Assembly: GCA_043228905.1 (NCBI GenBank)
Contig: JBHGNT010000016.1
Span: 13,516,001 to 13,580,000, forward strand
Origin: Azolla caroliniana
Taxonomy: Eukaryota; Plantae; Polypodiophyta
DNA: 64,000 bases
Reading direction: 5' to 3'
Positions 50,601-61,103 of this stretch are shown here, in pieces. Positions within the stretch are counted from its first letter, which is position 1. Each line of letters opens with the position of its first letter. The notes below the pieces were generated by a model. It did not search any database. It had not been told where the DNA came from and saw nothing but the letters and a program-made list of their open reading frames with translations. Position numbers and translations under genes: made by a program.

Positions 50601-52890
50601 TTTGAATTTTTGGAAGTGTGTAAACACTTCACTGTTCATCCTCATGGGAAAGATCCATGTGTATCTAGAGAAGTCATCGACGAAGGTAACATAGTACCAA
50701 CATCTTCCGAACATAGCCATTTGTGCCAGTCCCCACACATCCGAGTGGACTACGTCCAATAGGCCTTTGCTCACGTTCCTTTTCTTCGGGAACGGGAGCC
50801 GATGTTGCTTGCCGAATTGGCATGCTTCACATACTCCAATCTCTTTCTCTTTGAAGGTCGGGAGCCTGATATAGACTCCTTTCGATTGCATTGCCTTGAG
50901 TTTGTTGAGATTGATATGGCCGATTCTTTTATGCCATAGCTCTATGTCGGTGTCAGATTTGAGGCCCTTTGCGTACATGGCCGATTTTACCTCATTCGCT
51001 TCAAGGATAAACATTTGGCCTTCCCTTCGACCACGAGGAATTAGTCGGCCTTCCGTATCGATGAAGCAACCTCCTTGGTTGAATCGAACTTGCATCCCTT
51101 GCTCCACAATTTGGCCAACCGAGACCAAATTCTTCGTTATAGTGGGTACATGTAAGACATTTTTTATGCAAGTTTGTTCACCTTCTTTCCCGAATGGGAC
51201 ATTTCCTACATGCCGAATCGGATAAGTGGTGTCGTCTCCGGTCTCGACATAACCGTGTCGATCCGGCTCTCGAAGGTCTTTGAACCATTCTTGATGGGAT
51301 GTCATATGGTTCGAAGCACCGGAGTCGACGAACCATACATCTTCCGGATTGGAGACATTAGTCGAAGTAGAGGCCGACATAGAATTTGCTCTGTGTCTCA
51401 TTACAAACATTCCGCCATGATCTTCATAGTCCAAGTTGGTGGCGTAATTGGTGAGTTGTTGGCTTGTGGAAGCCGACTCGCTCTTCTTCTTTTGGCACTC
51501 TTCTTCATGGTGGCCAATTTTTCCACAATAACTGCATTCGATCGAGGTTTGTTGGCTCGGAGCGGAATGGAAGCTCCCCCTTCTTCTGAAGGTTCCTCGA
51601 TGGCTTCCATCTTGATGCCAAAATTGCGAGTTGTTTTCGTAAGTCGGGCATCGTCTGCCTCGTCCTTGGCTGAATCGGCCTCTTCTTGCTTGACTGCGTC
51701 CTCTTCATCCGTCCAAATGCGTGTAGAGCATGTGGCCTTCCGAGGCATTGCTCCTTGTTCAAACATAATTTTCTTCAACCAACAACATAGATTGAAGATC
51801 AAAGAAGGAGGGCGGATTCACTCGTGCTAGTACGGCGATCCGCATCGCGCCGAACCGTGGTGCAAGGCCACCGAGGCATATTTGCACCATTTCATCATCC
51901 TCCACATTGATGCTTATCAAGCCGAGTGCATCACAAAGCTCCTTGATCTTGAAGGTGTCGCTTGTGATGGACATATCCCGTTGTTGGATGTTGTTCAACT
52001 CTTGGCGGAGTTGAAGCTTTCGTGCCATTGTATTGGCGACGAATATCTTCCTTAGATTTTCCCACACTTCCTTCGGTGTCTTGGCTTCTCGAATGTAACC
52101 GAGCATGTGGTCGTGAACACATGTCACCAAGCAATACATTACTCGACTCGCCGCTTGCTCCCATGTTGCATAGTCGGCATCTTCCGGGTCGGGCCAGTTT
52201 TCTTGTGCTCCTTTGATGTAGCTCCAATAGCCTTGACTGACAAGATATTGATGCATCTTGTACTCCCAAGATGCGAAGTTATTTCGGTCCAACTTCTCGC
52301 TAGGGAGAGCGCTCCCCATTTGAGTATTCATGGTGTTCGATGTAGATTTCTTCCTTCTTCTTCTCTCTTCAATACGAGCTATGTAGTCACACTACGATAT
52401 TGATGAGCCGGTTCTTCTTGAACGTCAGCGTAGAGCTCAACACACGCGGATGGGCGAGATCAAGCTACCAAATCGCTTTGATACCATGTAAAGAATCAAT
52501 GGTGATTCTTGTGCAGAGGAATAGACTACAGATATGTGTTGTGAGTGTGTGTGTGTGTGTGTATGAGAGAGAGAGTGAGTGAGAGAGAAACACAAGATAG
52601 ATAGATTTGAACAACTATAGAATACTCAAGAAAATGTATATTACAAAGGAGATTAATCGACCTAATTACAAAGCAGGAGGAGAGCGCTTTATATAGTCAC
52701 TCTCTCTCCTCATTAACTACTGAAGCTCATGGGTCATGGGGAATGTGAAAACTCATTAGTTATGTGTCATAGAATATGATTCTATGACACATAGTTAATG
52801 TGTGGATAAGAGTGGTGACTTTTCACCTTTGAGTGCACACTCTCAAGGGTGTGTTCACACACTAGACTAGGTTCAGCTTGATTCTCAACA
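47610..52890 (-). mobile_element. Full-length Copia family C copy 3 (5.3 kb; LTRs 47610-48005 and 52487-52890)
   Basis: TG...CA LTR pair; flanks GCTAC/ACTAC (4 of 5 match); PBS TGGTATCAAAGC 52475-52486; PPT at ~48006-48016. Confidence 0.95.
48090..52331 (-). pseudogene. Copia gag-pol (gag, PR, INT, RT, RH) with several stops and frameshifts
   Basis: ORFs 51759-52331, 50370-51434, 49323-50339, 48576-49322 and 48243-48425; catalytic YVDD altered to YTDD. Confidence 0.95.
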
Positions 52891-53700
52891 ACTACCATTT
52901 AGCTAACTAGCTAATGTATTAAACTATGGTAGTAACTTATTAGCTACCACTTAGCTAATGAGCTACCACTTAGCTAATTAGCTACCACTTAGCTAATGAG
53001 CTACCACTTAGCTAATTAGCTACCACTTAGCTAATTAACTACTCAACTAACGTATGGTAGTAGCTAATTAGCTACCACTTAGCTAATTAGCTACTATACT
53101 AAACTATGGTATTAGCTAATTAGCTTCCACTTAGCTAATTAGCTACTCAACTGAAGTATGGTAGTAGCTAATTAGCTATTGTAGTAAACTATGATAGTAG
53201 CTAATTAGCTACCACTTAACTAATTAGCTACTCAGCTAATGTATGGTAGTAGCTAATTAGCTACCACTTAGCTAATTAGCTACTCAGCTAATGTATGGTA
53301 GTAGCTAATTAGCTACCACTTAGCTAATTAGCTCTTGGACTAAACTATGGTAGTAGCTAATTAGCTACTGAGCTAAAGTATTGTAGTAGCTAATTAGCTA
53401 CCACTTAGCTAATTAGTTACTCAACTAAACTGTGGGAGTAGAGAATTAACTACTATATTCAACTATGGTAGTAGCTAATTAGCTACTTAGTTACTCAACT
53501 AAATTATGGTAGTAGCTAATTAGCTACCACTTAGCTAATTAGCTACTGTACTAAACTATGGTAGTAGCTAATTGGCTACCACTTAGCTAAAGTATGGTCG
53601 TAGCTAATTAACTACATGTTAGGTAATTAGCTTCTACACTACAACCATAATAGCTAAATAGTTTCTACACTTTATACAACTTAGCTAATTAGCAAAGATG
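52891..53700. repeat. Palindromic minisatellite (TAGCTAATTAGCTA core), right part
   Basis: Same units as 47078-47609. Confidence 0.92.
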
Positions 53701-53703
53701 GAA

Positions 53704-55060
53704 CTAATGAGCTACACTATGGTCACAAGCAACAATTTTACCTGTGTGTTTTCTCCACTCATCTGGGAGAGCTTTACTACAATCCCCCAAACGGAATGTA
53801 GCAATGTGACAGGCATATTGAAAACAAACGATATGGTATGTGTGCTGGTATTGTTGTAGGTGAACCAACAGAGTAATAGATTTGTCCTCTAAACGTAATC
53901 CACAAGCGATGCAACATGCTTGAACAGTCAATATATCGTTTCCTGGTTCTCCTTCATTTGGTAAGGGAGCAAGAATGTTCAGGCCCAATTCTTGTCTGCT
54001 CATTACCATCCCCTCCGTAAAATGTAGCTACTTCTTAAGGCAGCTAACTACATGTTCTTGGCGGGAGTATTGTTCCTTCAACGCAGACGAGAAATTTACC
54101 GATTAATTATTCCTTAATGGGGAAGATACAACAACAAGAAACTAGAATCATTAACTTACTTGTGCTTTTCCAAATTGTAATTAGTGACGGTATTTACACC
54201 TAGAAGGTCTAGGTTCATTGAAAGAACCTGGATCTCTGTCTACAGTTGAATTTTCCGTTGGGGATCCAACGACCCCTCAATTTCAAGTTCATGTTGAGCA
54301 ACCTATTCCAAATAATGTCTCAGTAGCACATTTTCATGTACAAGTTATTTATAACATATTAAATACTAGCAAACAATAGGTACTTGAATCTTATTTTTGA
54401 TTGTTGTAACTGCCAAAGTGACTTTGCTCTCCATCGCAACAGCCAATGTTGCTTTCTCTAAATCAATCTTAAAAAACTCCAATGTCTCACAGGCTTCATG
54501 GACATTTTTTAGCATATACCTAATCAATGTCTCACCTGTATCATCGACATTGGCTTTCATTGTGTCTTTTGGTTTGGCGTATACTTGCGGGTTTGTTGGG
54601 AGTCGGCAGTTGCATCATCAACTACCATGCTCCAAAATCTTGCCATTTTTTGTTGCAAGCTCCCCATCTTTTGACATCTTTCTACCGATGCCTCACCATA
54701 AATTGCCCAAGCTACCCTGTACATTTCAGGGTCACGAGATTCCTTCGTTGGTTTGTTATACTCATATGCAAAAGCTCTAGCAAATGAAATGGACAAGTCG
54801 TTATTGATCGGGATCTGTTGATGTATTTTCTGGTGTAGTCTCATGCAGTCGTCGTACAGGTCCGGTCATACATGCTTGAGCTTGAGCTTGCCTTTCACTC
54901 TAGGCACTTTATATACTGACATCTAGTCTACATCACTAATCAATCTATCTGTTAGAATTGCAAGGTCAATACCCTTGAGCGACAGACCATATATGTTGTG
55001 AAAGTCCTCCTTTGTCTCGCAAAATTTTACGAAGTTTAGCACTCTAGGATAGGGAGGAAC
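53704..55060 (-). pseudogene. Degenerate homologue of the Sola2 cargo gene (FARAFA domain, coiled coil, RING-like finger)
   Basis: NNDLSISFARAFAYEY versus NNEVGTVFARAFACEV; CIACG...QHTYHIVC...LPDEW versus CIFCG...CLHTYHVIC...IAAEW. Confidence 0.7.
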
Positions 55061-55960
55061 GAGCCACTTGAAATAGAAAATCAGTAATCAGAATTGGTGC
55101 AAAAATAGAATTTTTAATCTGAATTTGGTTCAAAATTACAACACTTTGAAGATAGTAATCTGAAATTTGTAATTTGTCCGTTTCAACATGTATCAAAAAT
55201 CAACCACTTAAAAAATCAGAAACCCTAATCAGAATTTGTCATGTGAATTGGTGCAAAATTACACCAGATTGCGATAGTAATAAGAAATTTGTAACCAGAA
55301 ACTTGTAATCTAAAATTTGTAATCAGAAACCCTAAACCACTTAAGGGAAACACAAACCCTAATCATCACTAAAGGCAGAAATCAACCGTACTACGAAATT
55401 CTGTCAATCAGAAACACACTTGCTACTACACCCCGATCTTCGAGACATCCTTGTTTAGGAATCCAACGACTTCGTCCTATTCGAATTTTGGGAAAGATGA
55501 ACACGCACCAAAGTTACAGACAATTATCAGAAAGTTAAAAAAAAGTTTTTTTAATATGTAACTGATACATACCTGGACGAGGATCGACTTGCTCGTGTGT
55601 TGTAGCTCTGAAGGTGCAATGTCAATCTCAGAGTTTTTGTGCTACTGCGGGCATGATCAGAGTACTCCATCTGTTTGGAGTTTGAACTCGAACTTAGGAT
55701 TATCAAGAATTTGATGACATTCAAGTCGACCTTAGATGATGGCACTATTCCCCATGTTCCACTACGTCAGAAACCAAAGTTCAAATATATGAGTATTGTC
55801 ATAAATTAAATGACATGTATTTAACTAATAAAACATAAAATTTCGTAAACCATCCTTATGATTTTCCCACAAAAAACTAGCTAAACAAATAGCTAATTAG
55901 TTGTGGTCATTCTAGTAACTAATTAGCTATAATAGTGTTTCTACTCGCATGCTTTCACCC

Positions 55961-56668
55961 TTATCACAATAGAGTCGGAATTCTTCTTGCCGAACTCCCA
56001 GCTAACCAATAAATTGCTTCATCCATATGATTTCCTTGCCGGCTTCTGCTGCGGCCATGTACTCGACTTTCGTGGTCGACAACGCTACGACCTTCTGCAA
56101 CCTCAATTGCCATGAGACAGCTCCCCCTGCATACGTCATTACGTATCCGAACGTGGATCGGTTGGTGCCTCTCAAGTACTGAAATATCCATTTCATGGCA
56201 ACCCAATGCTCTCTCCTGGGATTACTCATATATCGATTGACCACTTTGACCGCGTATCCAATGTCCGGCTTGGTACAAACCATTGCATACATCAGGCTTC
56301 CAACCGCTGAGGCATAGGGGACTTTTGTCATCTCGGCCTTTTCAGTTTTCGATTTCGGACATTGATCTTTACTCAACTTGCAGTTCGTCGGCAGTGTCGA
56401 GCCGACCAATTTCGCCCCTTCCATGCCGAATCTCTGGAGTATCTTTGTCACGTACTTCTCTTGTGATAGCCATAGCAGTTTCTTTGTTCAATCCCGAACA
56501 ATGTGCATACCCAGGATTTGCTTTGCCGAACCCATATCCCCCTCATCGAGAATGACCCGTTCAAGGCCTTCTTCAGTGCTCGGATCTTCATATGGTCCCG
56601 TCCGACAATCAACATGTCGTCCACGTACAACAAAAGGATGAGGAAATCTCCTCCATCGAACTTCTTCA
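55961..56668 (-). pseudogene. Tork-like Copia RT/RNase H fragment
   Basis: LYVDDML, PYASAVGSLMYAM, AVSWQLRLQKVVALST. Confidence 0.9.
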
Positions 56669-59163
56669 CTGAAGATAAGACGATTGAAGAATGGAAGCAA
56701 CAGAAGTTGGAACCGACTCCCCAGTCAACCCCAACTACCATCGACTTAAGGCCAAGTGAATAAACATCTTCAGCTGTTCGGAGACGTCCAGTCGGCACAG
56801 CCGAATCCGAGTCAGTTGACTTGGAGAGACCGACTGACTCTGAGTTAGAGTCAGCAGAGCTGCCAAGGTCAATTGAAGAGTATGAGTTGGAGTTGTCCAA
56901 CCTAGAAATGCCGATTGGCGTGCAGGAACCCGAGCGAAGAGAAGAGTTGGTAGAGACATCCGAAAGAGAGCCAACAACGAGTCGAAGGAGTTACCCACTC
57001 AGAGAAAGGAAAGCACCGACAACATATGCCAATCAATACATCCTCTTGACTAATGAAGGTGAACCAGAGTGCTATGAAGAAGCCATTGCCGACGAGCACA
57101 AAGAGAAATGGTTGAGCGCGATGCAAGATGAGATGGAATCCTTGCACGAGAATTACACCTATGACCTAGTAGAGCTGCCGAAAGCTAAGAGAGCACTCAA
57201 GAATAAAAGGGTCTACAAGGTGAAGACTGGAGAAGTTGACAGTGAGCCAAGGTATAAAGCCCGCATAGTGGTGAAGGGCTTTCAACAGAAAAAGGGCGTC
57301 AACTTCGACGAAATATTCGCACCAATCGTGAAGATGACATCCATTTGAACTGTTCTGAGCATAGCGGCCAGTATGGACCTGGAGATCAAACAGTTGGATG
57401 TCAAAACCACATTCTTACACAGGGAGCTATAAGAAGAAATCTACATGCAGCAACCCGAAGGCTTTGAGGAAAATGGGAAAGAGAACTTGGTGTGTCGACT
57501 GAAGAAAAGTTGTACGGTTTCAAACAAGCTCCACACCCATGCTACAAGAAGTTCGAGTCCTTCATGATGGAACACCGGTTCCAAAAAACACAAGCCGATC
57601 ACTGTGTGTTCGTCAAAAGGTATGAAGAAGGAGACTTCTTGATTCTCTTGTTATATGTTGATGACATGTTGATAGTCGATCAAGATACAAGGAAGATTGG
57701 AAGCTTGAAGAAAGCTCTAGGCAAGTCGTTTGCCATGAAAGACCTTGGACCGGCTAAATAGATCTTAGGAATGCACATAGTTCGAGACAGAACTCAAAAG
57801 GTGTTATGGTTGTCACAACAAAAGTATGTGACAAAGATCCTAGAAAGATTCAACATGTCGGATGCAAAGCCAGTCAATTCAGTGTTGCCAACAAACTACA
57901 GGTTGAATGCAAAGCAATGCTCAAAAGGGGAGAAAGAGAAGGCCGAGATGAGGAAGATACCATATGCATCGGTCGTCAGCAGTCTAATGTATGCTATGGT
58001 CTATCCTAGACCAGACATAGCATTTGTTGTAGGAGCAGTAAGCCGATATATGAGTAATCCAGGAAGAGAACATTGGACAACGGTGAAGTGGATACTCAGG
58101 TACTTAAAAGGCACCTCAAGGGTGTGCCTTAGGTATGGTGTCAGAAAACCTATGTTGGAAGGTTTTACCGATTTGGACATGTCGGGAGATGTAGACTCGA
58201 GCCGATCCACGTTCGGGTACATGATGACCTATGCAGGGGGAGCAGTGTCATGGCAATCACGACCACAGAGGCAGAGTATATGGCAACGGTAGAGGCTGGC
58301 AAAGAGTTGATCTAGATGAGAAATTTTCTCAACGAGCTAGGGATGAAGTAGAGGGAGTTCTTGCTTCACTATGACAGCCATAGTGCCATACATCTAGCCA
58401 AGAATGCTGCTTACCACTCCCGAACCAAGCACATATAGAGGAGGTATCATTGGATGCGGGAGAGAGTCGAAGAAGGAGAGTTTTCCTTGGTGAAGATCCA
58501 TACTGACGAAAATGGATCTAACATGCTCACGAAGAACCTACCTACGGACAGACTTAGAATCTGTCAACAGAAGACAAGATTGATTGACTCCCTCCCACAG
58601 GAGTGAAGGGGGAGTTTGTTTGGGATATGTCCCTCTAGTGGGAGGAACCGACTGTTCGGAAGTAGCTGACAATCGAAGAGTCGAAGGAACCTACTGTTCG
58701 GAAGTAACCGATAGTCGAAGAGTCGACAAGAGAGAGTCGATTGTTTATTATTAAAACAATAATAATAATTATGATATGTGGTAGTGGCTACAATTGTAAA
58801 TGGGCTATATGATGTATTAGTATATATATATATATATATCTAGGGCAAAATATTGTGTGTGTAGACAGTAGAGGGTGAGAGAGAAAGCAAGCATGAGAGA
58901 CACACGAGTGTGAGAGAGAGCAAGTGGCGCCATAGCTGTGTGAGCAATAGCAGATGCTAAGAGCCCTGCGTGGCTGATACAGTCTGACGGAGTGTTGTAA
59001 TCTTTCGATTGTACGTCCACTGTATAGTGAAGTTCTATTTACCCGTGGTTTTCTCCCAATTTAGGGTTTCCACGTAAAACTCTGTGTACTCTATCGTTGT
59101 GTACCTGTGTTGTGTATTTTCAACATCATTTGATCTTGTGATTTTATGAATTGATCTCTAACA
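56669..59163 (+). mobile_element. 3' half of a Tork-like Copia element (RT-RH, PPT ~58600-58614, 3' LTR 58617-59163)
   Basis: RYKARIVVKGF, LYVDDML, FTDLD; GGAGTGAAGGGGGAG followed by TGTT...TAACA. Confidence 0.88.
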
Positions 59164-59887
59164 CTATTCCTGTTAGTGTCACCACTGGAGTGAAAGGGCC
59201 GACGAGATCCAGGCCCCGTTTCTGGAATGGCTCCAAAGGAAACATCAGTTAGTGTGACATGCAGGTGTGTTCTATTGGTTGGCCCATTCGTTAACAAAGA
59301 TCACACTACCGACAATAGTTTTGCGTAGTTAGCCACCAGAGGCCACTCTGCCATACCTTTTTTGTTGTCATATCTCCGACATAGTGCCCGATGGCTATTC
59401 TACAATGCGCCTCTCAAAGGATTGTCGCTTTTTTGTCCCTACGGATGCATCTGCACCAAATTCCATCACTGCCTTTGTGGTAAAGCGTCTCCTCTAATAG
59501 GCAAAACTTTCTGCTGCGGACAATCAATCACTTCTTTTTGTTAGTCTGCATTCGCGAGGGAGGCAATCCTGTGGTCAAGAAATGACTCATCTCTTCAAGC
59601 CATTTGTCTCCTAGCAACACAGTGTTTGCTTCAGCCTCTACTGTCGAGATTTGTAATACGCCGTTGTCCAGAATATTGTCATACCAACCGAGTGCATCAT
59701 CTCCATTCTCAATTTGGCTTAGGTAATCGGCAATGGCATGCTAAGTTCCAAGCCTATGTTGGATCTCGAATTCGAACTCTTGAAGCAACAACATCCAGCT
59801 TGCGAACTTCCCATGAGAGATTTTTTAGAGACAAGGTAAAGGAGGGCCGCATGGTTCACATGGAACACGAAGTTTTAGCCAAGTAGT
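59164..59887 (-). pseudogene. Gypsy RNase H end / integrase zinc-finger fragment related to element A
   Basis: Minus-strand translation FHVNHAALLYLV...LLQEFEFEIQH...FLTTGLPP...LYHKGSDGIW...KVWQSGLWW...MGQP resembles 2670-3290. Confidence 0.85.
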
Positions 59888-60597
59888 GTCAAAAAAAAAT
59901 TATATTATAAATCATACCAAGGGCTTCACATTTAGTCATGTAGTAATTGCGTTTAGCGGTCAAAAGATTTTGAACACGTTCGCATTCACAAGTGGAAGGA
60001 TTGCGCATTCCACTTGTAGAATCTTCTTGAAAATATCCAAATATACCCTCTCTACAAAAATTGGATGCACTAGTATCACATGTTCCACAACTTGATTAGA
60101 ATTTGCAAATATAAAAATACATGATGGGTCTACGAGTGGAGATCATTAGAAATTCAAATAAGTTTGGATATGTTGATAAGTTAATGTAGGCATAATAAAG
60201 TTCAACAATGGCTCAATATCTCACTAATGTGCGACATGGGAAACACTAAGTTAAAGACTTATATTAATTTGGTAAGTTTTACAAAAATATGAGGTGTACT
60301 TGTAACCATACTTATAAAATGAGTTATAATTTATACTTTGACCCATACTCGCATGTATATAATTGTGGACAATGTAGGATAGTGAACTTTAGGATAATGT
60401 GTTTGGAATAACTAACTTATTAAGGTATTTAATACTTGTATTTAAAGTTGATATAATCTATTCCTAAGTTTGTTTGTATGGGATCAAACCATATGTATGT
60501 AATTGTGGACAATGTAAGACAATGAACTTTAGGATAATGTGGTGGATAATCTATTCCTTAGGTGATTCACACGGGATCAAACTCCGAACGATAATGC

Positions 60598-60662
60598 TAG
60601 AAACCGGAGATGACACTACGCACCCGATTCGGCATATCGGCAATGTTCTGTTCGGCGAAAGA
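60598..60662 (+). pseudogene. Very short Copia family C protease fragment
   Basis: ETGDDTTHPIRHIGNVLFG. Confidence 0.7.
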
Positions 60663-61103
60663 GGGTGCGGATAACGCTAGTGGAACCGTTATCAACACAC
60701 TACACAATCTAAGCAGCAATGGAAGAGAAACATAATAGTTTTAACAATAGAAGACAAAGATCCATAATATATGGACTGGTATATATTAGACACGGAATGA
60801 CAATCTCAACAATTGATCGCAAATAACAACATGGATAGTCATGGCAACAAATCTACGAGCATGTTATGTTAAGATAAAGTTTGACCAAAATCTGCCTTAA
60901 CTTAAACTAATTCATGTTTCTCCATATTGGTAGTCAACAATGCACGCGGTGAAACCAATGTCATAAGTCTACAAACCAAGTATATAGAAATAAAATTGAA
61001 ACATATAGAAGATTATAAAGAAAGGAATACACCAAGTAAAACCCAAAATTTTGTATTAGTAATGTGAATTCCAAACAATACATTTCGTGAACAAAAGAGT
61101 CTA

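Larger units (their letters stand above)
47078..55960. mobile_element. Truncated second Sola2-like element in the opposite orientation (one terminus at 55960, cargo gene, intronic minisatellite; transposase half missing)
   Basis: Terminus reads GGGTGAAAGCATGC on the minus strand versus GGGTCGAAGCATGC of the complete element; homologous FARAFA/coiled-coil/RING gene at the same relative position. Confidence 0.65.

Noticed and set aside
47610-52890. Active autonomous Copia element
   Set aside because: Several stops and frameshifts, YVDD changed to YTDD, diverged LTRs and an imperfect TSD.
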